Shown here: one piece after another, positions 27,487-38,929 of the stretch | Layout of the letters: every line of letters starts with the position of its first letter | Numbering within the stretch: the first letter of the stretch is position 1 | Origin: Leidyana gryllorum EB-2025a | Lineage: Eukaryota; Protista; Apicomplexa | Direction: 5' to 3' | Assembly (NCBI GenBank): GCA_048772705.1 | Contig: JBLWGC010000173.1 | Coordinates: 1-64,000 of the forward strand | DNA: 64,000 nt | Translations under genes and position numbers: made by a program | Notes under the pieces: generated by a model | Database searches by the model: none | What the model was told of the DNA's origin: nothing | The model's input: only the letters and a program-made list of their open reading frames with translations

Positions 27487-28747
27487 TCAATCAGACTTTG
27501 TCGACTCTGGTTTCTTTCTTCGAGCCGCTTGCTCCAACAGTTTATACTCAGATATGTCAGTGATTGGCCTTTCTGCCTCTGCGTCATAACGGGGAAACCC
27601 TTTGAGCAAAGTCACCATCTCCTCGCGAATCACGTCACACAATGCCACCACGTCCGTTGTCTACAGAGCGTCACACCACGTGGCCGGCCAGCCAAGACCC
27701 AAACCACTCACCTTTGACGGCAAAAGTAACTTGTCACTGAAGGCCACATTGATTTCTCCAGGATACATCAACGCCGAGTGCACTGGCCACACTCGCTCAG
27801 ACCCATGAATAGCTACTCGGTCACAAGGAGACACCAGTGTTTGTGTGTAAAACACTCAACTACGTACCTGCAACGTATAACGGATACTCGTTCTCAATGG
27901 CAAACTTGAGCATCCCGTGTCGGAATGGAGCCATACGTCCGAAAAGACGACGAACGCCTTCAGGGAAGACTACAAGCGGATAGTTACGATCGAGCACTTC
28001 GGCACATCGAACCAACAGCTCATCCTTTTTGTTGGTCCCCCAACCTCCGCGGCTTCGCGTGAAGTGAACGAGAGGCTCGTTAGAGAGCGATACCAACCAG
28101 CCTACGATTGGCACTTTCGTTAGAGCCGCCTTGATTATAGCTTTGCTGGCAGATGGGAAGAGGGCAGACTTGATTGAAAACCCATCAATGTTGGACATGT
28201 GGTTCGATAACACTATGCACCGCGGAGGCACCAATGTGTTCCCATTCTCTACATTCCGCGGGAGAGGTAGAATCCGCAGATTGGGATCCCGCCCGCACTC
28301 GTGTGCGTTGCTTTCCATATGCTTATCATACTGATCCTTGTTCAAAACGAATGAGGGCTTCGGACCAACTATCTGTACAGGGCAAAACGATCTGCAACAC
28401 CGCATTACATTCCAGACCGCATAGTCCACCACATAGCCCCGTACAGTCTCTTCCTTCAGGTCAGCCTCCAGACGGGATCTTAACTTGAATATGACTTGTG
28501 CTCGATAGTAACTCTTGATAGCCACCGCCGCCACACAGGCCGCACCCGATATAACAACAGTGACGACTGCGAACCATATTGTGATGAATAAACGTTTTGC
28601 AATAGCGACCTTCTGAATCACCAAAGGAGACGATGAGGGCTCCAGGTTGGTGGGAGTGAAGATCAAATCGGTCTGACCACCCGCACTTTGAGGACTCTGA
28701 TCGTCCCCAGTCCTGGTGGTGCTCAAGACCTGTAAACTATGTGGCAT
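27487..28747 (-). CDS. 1-acyl-sn-glycerol-3-phosphate acyltransferase (LPAAT/PlsC family), 3 exons
   Basis: Catalytic NHMSNID (HxxxxD), VFPEG motif and N-terminal TM helix. Two downstream exons give AIHGSERVWP..YPGEINVAF and stop at 27487. Confidence 0.88.
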
Positions 28748-28767
28748 CTTTATATTTCAAAATCGTG

Positions 28768-29655
28768 CTACTGAATGTCCACGTCAAATTTACGTTGTAG
28801 GGCAGTAACGTCAATGTCACTTTCCGCTTTCAATTCCGCCTGCTTCTTCCTCAAGGTCTCTTCAACATTCATCAAGTCTCCATTGTCATCGAACCAACCC
28901 AATTGGTCACTAATCAGATGCACTGAGGAGTGTGTGTGTATAGCAGCTAATCGAACCCCCCCGTTATCCAGTCTTACGTTTCCCACACTTGTCGCATTTC
29001 ACAATTACGACTCCGTGTTGGTATGCATGCTGAAGTATCACTTGCATAAACACAGTGTCTCATCACTCTAGCTCACCTTCGAAACGCTCTTCACCGCTTG
29101 CTGTTCGCAGACTTTGCACGTAAAACCCAGCAAGAAACTTGGATTAACAGCAGTGAGACCCCGAATGTCGCCGACCGGTTCAAATTCGTCCTTCGCCTGG
29201 AAGTCTGGATGCTTCATGGACACCCAAGGCACACGGTCCACTCTGTCAGCTGAGACAAGCAAAGGGCGATCTGCGGATGCTGTAGTCAAGTAACGAAAAA
29301 CAGCTGGTCCTCGAGCTGCTTGAAGAGTAGCCGCTGCCACCGCTGACCTGGGGATATCAGAAGGTCTAATAGTGTCCTTGGATACAGGTGAAAGCATTGC
29401 GGAGTCACTGTACATCAAAGCATACAGGTAAGCGATGGCAGCCCCCGCGGGGGTAGTGCTGTCAACACGCTCACTGAGGTCGGAAGTGTACTCGGCGGTG
29501 TCGAAAAGCACTGTCGAGTAGTCTTATAAGGGTCTTTGCCCCATATGACCCATCAGAGCCAGGCATTGTCGGCCGCATTCTCCTCCACACACGTGTGTGC
29601 TCATACGGGAAAAGGGGAAGATCAAAGGGGCTTGGGGCGCATTGGGAGTGGACAT
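28768..29655 (-). CDS. DNL-type zinc-finger protein (Hep1/Zim17/Tim15 family Hsp70 escort)
   Basis: Spliced FTCKVCEQQAVKSVSK-HAYQHGVVIVKCDKCGK-LHLISDQLGWF matches the zf-DNL consensus. Start codon tentative. Confidence 0.85.
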
Positions 29656-29821
29656 GGAGAGGTGGGGGCAAAGGTGATATACCGAGTATTTACATCGCTT
29701 TGGTTGACCTCGCGGGTCTGAAGAGAAATCCACCGAATGGACGCCACTTGGAACAGCTCGGAAGGGATGTGGCCATTGGGCTGTGACTAAAAAAAAAGGT
29801 TGGAAGTTGAAGAGTCTGAGG

Positions 29822-31413
29822 ATGACTGAATCAATCGATGTTGAGCGTCGTGCAGCCCTGCAGTCTTACATCAAGGCGGTTAAACAGCACAATGAAGTTG
29901 AGGCTCGGATAAAGCAGAGTGAGGCTTGAAAGCGTTTGTGTTCGGTATGTTGTGTAGTGCGGGAGCAGGTGAAGACAGCTAAAGAGAAACTTGACAAGAG
30001 CGAGGATGATTTGAAGGCCTTACAATCCGTTGGTCAAATGGTCGGAGAGGTTTTGAAAGAGCTGTCAGCCGATAAATGTAAGGCGGTTGCGGGATGACTT
30101 TTCCATTGTTGTCTCAGTTATCGTAAAAGCGTCGTCCGGTCCCCGATATGTCGTTGGATGCAAGCCGAAGGTTGACGTGACTGCATTGAAGCCTGGCACT
30201 AGAGTAGCCTTGGACATGACTACTTTGACTATAATGCGAAAGCTCCCACGCGAGGTGGATCCTGCTGTATACAATATGCTCAAGGAAGATCCTGGCAACA
30301 TCAGCTACACTGAGGTAAGTGCAATACCCTCCCATCACAGGGTTACATACGACCTCTGTTCCCAGGTTGGCGGGTTGAGCGAGCAGATCCGGCAACTCAG
30401 GGAAGTAGTTGAGCTGCCGTTGACCAACCCGGAGCTGTTTAAGAAAGTTGGAATCAAGACTCCAAAAGGTGTCTTGCTCTACGGACCGCCGGGAACCGGA
30501 AAGACTCTCCTGGCAAAGTACGTCAGGGACTGTAAATGCGTGTCGCGCTATGGATGTGTGTGCGTGTACCGGGTGTGTGTGTGTGTGTGTGTGTGTGCCG
30601 AGGGGTGTTGAGGTTGGTTTACCGATGTGTTGTCTTTCAGAGCTATGGCATCTAATATGCAGTGCAACTTTATGAAAGTTGTAGCGTCGGCAATAGTTGA
30701 CAAGTACATTGGGGAGTCGGCCCGTGTGATCCGCGATATGTTTGGATATGCCAAGGAGAACTCCCCCTGCATCATCTTTATGGACGAAATTGACGCAATC
30801 GGCGGGAGAAGATTCCATGAGGGAACCTCGGCCGATCGTGAAATCCAGAGAACGTTAATGGAACTACTCAACCAATTGGACGGTTTCGACGATTTAGGTG
30901 CTGTCAAGATCATTATGGCTACTAATCGTCCGGATGTGCTGGATCCTGCTTTATTGAGGCCAGGTCGTCTGGGTAAGAGTCCACGCGGAAGGGTTCCCAT
31001 ATTGACAACGGGTGATTGCAGATCGGAAAATCGAGATCCCCCTACCGAATGAGTCAGCACGTGTAGACATCCTCAAGATTCACTCGAATGGAATCACAAA
31101 GAAGGGTGACATTGGTGAGTCCCTGTTTTATCATTGGGCCGTTTCTGTATGTAACTGCTTCCTCTCATCGAGCAGACTTCGAAGCACTAGTCAAGTTGAC
31201 GGATGGCTTCAACGGGGCAGACATGAGAAATGTGTGTACAGAAGCAGGTAGGAATCTCAGGCTGTGGGAGGCTTGCACCTCACGTCTTGAATAGGAATGT
31301 TCGCGATACGGGCCGAGCGAGACTACTGTGTGGAAGAAGACTTCTTCAAAGCCGCTCGCAAGATTGCTGAAAACAAGAAACTCGAGGGTCGGATGGAATA
31401 TGAGAAGATCTGA
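29822..31413 (+). CDS. RPT4: 26S proteasome regulatory AAA-ATPase subunit Rpt4 (10B)
   Basis: [79 protein letters not shown] and [16 protein letters not shown] are Rpt4/PSMC6 signatures spread over several short exons. Confidence 0.96.
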
Positions 31414-31554
31414 TGTGGAAAAAGACACCATCCATAGTTTGTTGTTCGGTGCTGCCCGTCCGCCTGTGCCATCTAACCCGTCTCCCCACCCGCCCACCTG
31501 CCCCGAAACTGCAAGGAAACCTTGTCTGCCATCATTTTCATCGCTTTATGTCTC

Positions 31555-32889
31555 TCAATCATTCCATGTCACGCGTGCCTGCATCATGAGAGGCGGATTT
31601 GGTATTCTTGGTGGTCTGGGTGTTCCCATATCGCGAAGCTGAGGACCCAACCGGGAGGCGAGAGACCGGCTAGCCATAGTTTGCTGCTGGTAATACAGCA
31701 TGATCTCGGGAGGAATAGCCGGGGCTGCAGCTTTCCCTCCATGCGTGTGTCTGTACATTGAGTCCAATGTCTGTGGAGTATCCGCAAAAGTGACGTGCCG
31801 AGGAAACGAGGGTGGCGGAGGGAGTGTCACGTTGTGCTGATACGACTTGGATCGCTGCCGAGCCTCAAACTGACGCTTTGGGTCGCCAGGTGGCCGAGGG
31901 GGACGCACAGACGAATACCGCCTCGCCACTGACTGGGGTTGACGATTAGTCGCACACTTCGGATCAAAAATGGGCAGTCGAATGGGTGGTAAGTTGACCG
32001 ACGACATCGGGGGAGCTGCTTCGTGCCTCGAGGACCATTGGGCACCCTGCCCCTCCGCGCCATCGACGAGCTTCTTCCCAAATGTCGAGTCGGAAGATGA
32101 AACGGCTGAGGACGAGGTCGACACACACTTGGCCTGCCTCCGGGCCGCGCTGCTGCGCTCCGTTCGTCTTCGAGATCGCTTTGCAGCCGCACGAAGGTCA
32201 TTTAACATGCGTGGGCGCCGCGGTGTTTCTTTTGGACCGGAGGCGTCTGTGCCGACGGCGACGCGGGAGGCCGTTGATTGTCGTTGGCCTCTTCGCAGAA
32301 GACTGGCGGTAGTGGGTCGCATATAGCTGGGACTGGGTGTCCGGCGCACCTTTTTAGTATGGTGATGATTTGAGGTCGCTTTGAGTCCCAATGACGCCAC
32401 GCGGGGACTGGGCTTCGGCATTGTAAGTCTGGGGAGAGTTCATTCCTATCAGAGGGAAGATGGCCGAGTTGCTCACTTGTAAGCCTGAGGAGGAAGCATT
32501 CGCCGATCAAGTAGTGCCTCTGTCATTGGGCTCGCCACCGGAGGGCTCGACGATGGGCTGCCCGACAGGAAACCGCTAGCTGCTACAGGGGGTGGATCGG
32601 TTGGGTCGTAACCCTCCATTGACTCTTGCAGCTTTGAGCGCGCAAGCTTGAATCGCTGAGCCTCCAAATCCTTCCCAAGAGTCTCTTGAGCTGGGCGGGC
32701 AGGCCCAGAAGCAGAAGGTCTTGAACGGGATGATCGCGGAGGTCTCGGTGGCAGAGGAGGTAATGGCGATGCAAAGGCAGGGCTTCCCTCAGAGAAGCGC
32801 GAGTTAGTATCTACGATGCAGTGTCGCGCACCAGCGCGTCGTGGAGCTGGAAGCCTCCGTGGCTCATCGTCCAAGTCATCTACTGCCAT
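31555..32889 (-). CDS. Hypothetical Arg/Ser/Pro-rich low-complexity protein (probably 2 exons)
   Basis: ORFs 32473-32889 and 31555-32421 can be joined by a GTGAGC..CCCCAG intron. Contains PSYMRPTTAS, reminiscent of microtubule-associated motifs. Confidence 0.5.
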
Positions 32890-33516
32890 GTGAGCATGCT
32901 AGTCCGGCATGCATACCCAAAGTACAAAGGTCACCAATCACCCCACATCTAAGGTTTAGTGCATTTCCACTCATCCTCACTCCTCAACACTTCCTGCTGG
33001 ACCCGTTTAGAGCGCCCAAAAGTGAACCGGCACATAGCAAAATGAGAGACACAGTGTAAAGTTGCACAAGATCGTGACAGCACACACACTTCTTGATTTC
33101 AAAGGACACAGGTGGGGCAAGCACCACTGGGGGCGTGTGGCCTGTTCTGATCTACTTGTCTTTATCGCGCACACGTGTGTGGTTTAGCGTCGGGTAGGAT
33201 TACACACTCACACACCCACTGAGTTTCGAGTGGTGATGCAAATCTGCTTGTGCGAAAGCCTCATCGTGTCACACAGCACGGTGTCGAACAACACTGTCAG
33301 ACACCGTCTCCTTGCTGGGCGCACACAAAAAGGGACATCACGCCGTGTGCCGCACACGGAGTACCTCCACAAAATATATTTTATGAATCTCACGACTCGA
33401 GCCTTCTAGCTCTGATCTTTTGTATTTTAAAAGTTCTTCCTTTGGTAATACAAAGGAGGGTCTACAAGCTAGACCCATCCTATTACCTAGAATTTGTCTG
33501 TCTGGATTGGAGCCTG

Positions 33517-34828
33517 ATGTTGGCTTCTACCTTCATCGGTTCTACTTTGTATCACCTGACTTACATTTTCTCGGGATGGTGCTTCCAAGCCCTTCGGGCG
33601 ACATCAAAGAAGAGCAATGGAGGTCGTCCGAGCTGGTCCCAAGTCATTGTCGGTAAGGTTTGATATATTTTATTTCTGCAGAGCAACTAGTGGCGACGAT
33701 TTATGTTGTATTGGAGCCGGGGGAGTGTGAGCTGGTCACATCGAGAGCGCTGTCGTCCGCGATGAAGCTTTGTAAGAAGTCCGGTCAAGTTGGTATGGCC
33801 CATTCGAGTGTTCGAGGATTGTCGATGTGTTCTCGGGGTGGAGGGAGTTAAAGTTTGATTAGCCCAGGACACGGGTAGTAGTAGTAGGGGAGACGGGAGA
33901 CGGCGTCTCCCGTCTCCCCTACTACTACTACCCGTGTCCTGGGCTAATCAAAGTTCAAGTGAACGAGCAATGCTGCGACCTCAAGTGCAATGTCAGCAAC
34001 TCGAGGGTGTCTCGGAAGCTTGATAACGCTGACATGTTTGAAGTACACTGGATGAGGCATGAGCACTCACTGATGCGGTGGTGTGAGTGGAGCTGGTGGA
34101 AGTCTAATTGTTGGCGCGAGGAACCGGAAGCCGATGTCTTCTCTTCACCGCTTACATCCAACGCTTCGTTGTGTGCTGATCGTAGTTGTGGTGATACGGA
34201 TCGGGACGACGTGATTCCGGCGCTGGCGTATCAGAGCATCCGAGAAGATTGGGAGAGCACTGGTACTGGACGTCGAAGACGGTCAAACCTCACGTCGAAT
34301 CTTATGATTGTTGAGGTACAACTTGCGCCGGTGAGACATTTGAGGTACGTGGACCGCTACGCAGTCTATCGTTCGGCCACCCACTGTTGTCTGCTTGATC
34401 GAATCGTAGCGGATAAATAACACAGGAGGTGCTCTGCCCGTTTCGGCTGTCGCCAAGACACGGTCAATGATTCTCCTCATCATAAGGTTCGGAGATTCCT
34501 TTCCTGCTCGAACGCAGAGTCAAATGCAGAGGCGCCCCACATAGGTCAAAGAAAGAGGAGCGGAGGGGAGAGAAGGATGGTCCAGGATGGGCATCAGAGC
34601 CCTCTCAAGTGTGGTACTCGACACCTCGGCATCCACCTGGTAGTTTGCGATTGGGACAACAAGACAGCAAGTGGACCGGCGTCGGCCGCTGCAGCCTTCC
34701 CCGTTTGCAGCAAGCCCATCAAGCGGGAGACACGGGGGGTGCGGATGAGTCACTACCGGCGCGAGGAGAAGTGTACAGCGTTGGTGACTGGAGGCATGAG
34801 GTACTTCTCGCCGGCAATCTTGTACTAA
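33517..34828 (+). CDS. Hypothetical protein (4 exons), host gene of the palindromic element
   Basis: Phase-consistent introns 33653-33681, 33793-33959 and 34345-34425 connect four + ORFs. No recognised domain; start uncertain. Confidence 0.5.
33856..33950. mobile_element. 95-bp fully palindromic non-autonomous element (MITE/foldback-like), TG...CA ends, 5-bp TSD AAGTT
   Basis: 33856-33902 is the exact reverse complement of 33904-33950. It is flanked by AAGTT at 33851-33855 and 33951-33955. Confidence 0.75.
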
Positions 34829-35910
34829 TGGTCCACCGGACGGTCCCTCTCGATGCTGCTGCGCCGGTGGGCCTTTATGTACCCTTGCGTCCCCTATTGA
34901 GCTGCATTGGCGAGAACGCTTCATAAGTCTTCCCGGTCCAAGGTGCGGGCTAAGTGCGCTTGGAGCGTACCAGGTTGACCGCTGGATTGACCGCTGGGGC
35001 TCCGATAAAATCTTAAGACGAGAAGGGAGTCGGCACACAGCAGAGTGCTCTTCATCGCGTTGCGTGCGTCTTGCGAGCCCAGCCTCCTCGTGGCAACCGG
35101 GGGAAGGCAGCAGTGCACTAATGGGGTCGCAAGCAGCAGGGCGGCACTCGAGGCCGACCCTGAACTCTGTGCCATCTGGCTAACGGAGTGTGGAGTTTAA
35201 ACAATATCCTCAGCATCCTTGCTGGATCGAGAGGACTCGCTTCAGGTGGTACGAAGGTGAGCTCCATGAAGGGAGTCTATCAATACGGACATCGCTGAAT
35301 CAGGGCGGCTCACCCCCATGATAGGTGTTTGTCAGGGCCGGTAAGCTGCTTGGGCCCACACAGCACCTACTGCACCGTTAGGGCACTAATTGACATCCAA
35401 TCGCCCCCAGCCCAGGCGGTACCCTGACGAGCTGCGCACAAGTCACCCTCTCGTGCCGGCGCAAACAGATCAATCTGATGGAGAAAGAACTTGATGAGGC
35501 TGGTAGCTGGGCCTCCCCCGGCTAACCTATCTGGGTTCCACCAATAGGCCAAGTGTACATCCCGGTGCAACGTACCGCAAGCGATGAGACTGTCTTTCGC
35601 TTCGTCGGCACTTCCCGGCAACTCTCGTTACGTTGTTGGTCGGTCAATTGTACTTTACACCTCCCTGGAAGAGTATGATGATGATGAAATCGAGCGATAA
35701 ATCAGTATTGTGTGTTGGTTGAATCTCGGCCAGCATATGCCTCTCACTGGACGACAATAGTTCGAATGTAAGCACAATCTACATCATCAAACAAAACGGT
35801 GGAGGGACAGCATTTTGATGTGGTCGACTTTCAACTGTGATTTTTCATGACATCTACTTGATTAGATGGGACGGAGTGCTCCCTTTCATGGAGGGGGACA
35901 TCATCTAAGT

Positions 35911-37959
35911 TCAAAAACGCCAGCGAGGAACAACAAAGAAGGGCTGTTCATTGCCGACACTGTATGTCTCCGTGAGGTCGGAATCAACGTAGAAGAGAGT
36001 AAAGGTGTCACGTAATCCTCGAATTGGGTGAACTTTCAATGCTGTCTTGACACCTGTGGTGGTTTTCACCCAGACCCAAGACATTTCAGATTTGCGCTCG
36101 AGGGCCTCGGCACACTGCTCGGCGAAGGCCGCTGCGCGAAGGTATTGGGACACAGCCGGGGGTGGGATCAAGTGCCTCGCGGAGACTGTGGCCAGTGCGA
36201 CATCTGATGTCTGTTCAGAGACTGCTGATGCGTGAGCGATAGATTCCTTTGCGGTTTTCACTTCGTCTAGTGGGGCCGTCACTTCCGGGATGAACCATGC
36301 ATAGACTCGCTTGGCCATTCCAGGAGTTATCATAGGGAGCTTCAACATTTCTTCGTGTAACGCGTCGGCGAGGATCACCGATTCCGATGACAGGGACTCC
36401 GAAGGCGGCTTGGCCGCGAGCAAGTAAGCAATCAAGTCGATTTCGTCCTCGATCATATGTTTGAGTGTGTTAACAGTGAATTCGGTGGGGGAAGGTTGAG
36501 TATTGTAATACCTCTGAAGTACCCTGGCAGAAATCTGCTCACGAGTTATCTCCCTGAAAATCCAGTCGTCCGATTCGGTCTCCGATTCCCCCCCATTCAG
36601 TGAGTCCGATTTCGGCGTCTCGATTACCCATTTGTATTCCGAGACCCCATCCAGGGAGTCCGATTTGTCTATCTCGGCTACCCATTTGTCATGCAGGAGC
36701 TCCATGACATATTCGTGGATTCTGGTGTACTTGTGAAACACAAGTTGCTGAAGGAGGGCGGCCGGATCTTCTTCAACTGATTGGAGAGGGGCCACAACAG
36801 GACCAATACCCGCGTGGAAGTAGCGCACGGAACAGAGGCCGTTCCAATCCACCACAAGCTCAAAATCGGTCCCCAACACTTTGTTCGGCGCCGATAAGAC
36901 GATTTCTTCGAGAAGTCTCTCCCTTTCAACATCGGACAAAATCGCCAAGTCCTCATCTTGTGCGATGCGTCCGAGCACGGGGTCGTTCTCACTGAAGAAG
37001 AACGACAACGGCCAGACTTTCTGGGCAAATTCAGACATCTTGACGTGTCTGTAAAAAGATGCATTGAGCAGGAACAGGTCCTGTTCCGTGCCCTCCTCCA
37101 CCTGCAAACCCTTCTCGCCCGATGTCGCTATGACGCTACAACCCTTGGGCACTTTTTTCCAGACATTCTTGGGGACTTGTTCTCGGCAATGATCGACCTC
37201 ACTCGTGGAGAGGATTGCGACAACTTCTTTCGCTTGCAGCGGATTGTACGCCACAACTAAGGCCGTATCTTGGGCGGAATCCTTCACCACAAGTTGATGA
37301 ACGCCATCAGCGAAAGACTTGGTGTACCCCGCATAGTTCTTCCATGACCAAGCCTGGTGCTTCTCTCGACACAGTTTCACCCCGCTACCAGGTTTCGAAC
37401 CGGTCACGTCGTCTGCTCCAGATGGACAGAAGCCAGCGATCTCGGCATACAGAGCAAAACGCAACCGAACCACGTCAGGTATATTTGGATGAAACGTGTC
37501 GGCTAAGGACTCCATTGTGTTCTCATAAGCTTTCCAGCCCCACTTTGCCTTCAAAACGGCCATCATAGTCTCAGCCAATCCGCTAACTGAGCTCTCTCCA
37601 CGACCACTCGTTTGACAGTGCGAACTGATACTATCCCTCACCAGCTCCTTAATGAACTCGTGTGGAGGGGTTGCGGGTTCACGGCGCAGCTGCTGCAACA
37701 GAGCCCCGCGGACAGACGGCTTGATAACCTTATACGCGCCTGATTCACGAAGCCAAGTCCTAGTCTCCTCAGGTATCAAGTTCATCACATTCCCGGGCAG
37801 GGTGACCGCGCCGGTCTCCGCGTTGTTTGCAATGGTGGTCGCGTCGAAACCAAGTCCAAACACGTTCAAAAGCGATGACCAGAAGACCCCGGAAAGCTTT
37901 ACTTCAGCAACTCCATGTTGGACAACCTTCATCCCGCCAAAAAAAATACAGCCGTTCAT
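35911..37959 (-). CDS. Tandem-family protein, divergent member 1 (682 aa)
   Basis: Long single ORF. SLADTFHPNIPDVVRLRFALYAEI and RERLLEEIVLSAPNKVLGTDFELVVDWNGLCSV align by eye with FLADSLGPLIPARVRSRFCRYLEM and RVELFSEITHDLPDRMVDTKVGLRVAPNGSCKV of the 43309-45357 protein. Confidence 0.8.
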   Translation of the reverse strand: MNGCIFFGGMKVVQHGVAEVKLSGVFWSSLLNVFGLGFDATTIANNAETGAVTLPGNVMNLIPEETRTWLRESGAYKVIKPSVRGALLQQLRREPATPPHEFIKELVRDSISSHCQTSGRGESSVSGLAETMMAVLKAKWGWKAYENTMESLADTFHPNIPDVVRLRFALYAEIAGFCPSGADDVTGSKPGSGVKLCREKHQAWSWKNYAGYTKSFADGVHQLVVKDSAQDTALVVAYNPLQAKEVVAILSTSEVDHCREQVPKNVWKKVPKGCSVIATSGEKGLQVEEGTEQDLFLLNASFYRHVKMSEFAQKVWPLSFFFSENDPVLGRIAQDEDLAILSDVERERLLEEIVLSAPNKVLGTDFELVVDWNGLCSVRYFHAGIGPVVAPLQSVEEDPAALLQQLVFHKYTRIHEYVMELLHDKWVAEIDKSDSLDGVSEYKWVIETPKSDSLNGGESETESDDWIFREITREQISARVLQRYYNTQPSPTEFTVNTLKHMIEDEIDLIAYLLAAKPPSESLSSESVILADALHEEMLKLPMITPGMAKRVYAWFIPEVTAPLDEVKTAKESIAHASAVSEQTSDVALATVSARHLIPPPAVSQYLRAAAFAEQCAEALERKSEMSWVWVKTTTGVKTALKVHPIRGLRDTFTLFYVDSDLTETYSVGNEQPFFVVPRWRF

Positions 37960-38929
37960 GATGCAAACCTGGCAGCCCGCACGGTTGAGACTTTGACATT
38001 CAATTGTAGTGGCCTTTTTGGCTCAATAGAAGTATACCCAATACCCGCAGCTCACCCCCAAAGACCGATTGGAGTCCTTTCAGTGAGTTCCGCCATCGCC
38101 ATCACGAGCCATGTGATTAGTGAACAGGGAGTGTGTAGCCCTAGCTAGGTGTGACACAACCGTTAGGGTTAAACTACTGCTTTGGTAGAATTTTTGTTTT
38201 TGGATTGCATGCTATGATATGATCTAGTGTTCCGGCCGGGCTGACACGGAAACACCGCGTCGACAAACACGCACGTGTGCTTGGCACTGACTGAATCTAC
38301 TTCATTGATTGAACTGCAGGATGGCTAGAGATGGACTCAGAAGCAAGTCAGGAACTGATCCAGAAGCAGATCAAAGCCCTTCTGTTGACCTACCAGCAGA
38401 TCCGGCCGATAATCAACCGGTACAACTAATACCGGGCCAGCCATGTCTCCAAGTGATGGGGGATGTGTGTGCACACACACTCCAATCCCGCCCGCATCGA
38501 CGAGGAGAACACGCACCAATGTCTTGTGCTGCTCACTCGGGCCGCAGTCAGCTGGGGAGTGTTGAGATCTCGTCGCGATCATTGACCTGACCGTTGATTT
38601 CGCAGCCGCCGTAGATTGTCCAGTAGTTTTGCACTATGCGCTCTCTGTTTGACCAATGGACGGATTCTTCCACGCAGAGCTGCCGCTCAGATGTCAACAG
38701 AGAAGGGTCTCCATTATCGGTCACGCAGCCGAGCGCTTCTATCGTGATTGGGGAATTATCGGTTTTCGTGTAGCGTACTACTGAATGACGGAGAATAGAG
38801 CGACAATCTGATGGGTTGCCATTTCGGTTATATTTTGTGCACACATCACATATCTGAGGTAACAATTTTTGATTGATACTTGAGCTACATGCGTTAAGAG
38901 CAAACGTGTGTTGTTTCATGCGCCCGGGC

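Noticed and set aside
34900-35650. Minus-strand short ORFs as a further family pseudogene
   Set aside because: No family motifs were found by eye and there are multiple stops; unsupported.
38163-38168. Telomere-like TTAGGG
   Set aside because: A single unit, expected by chance.
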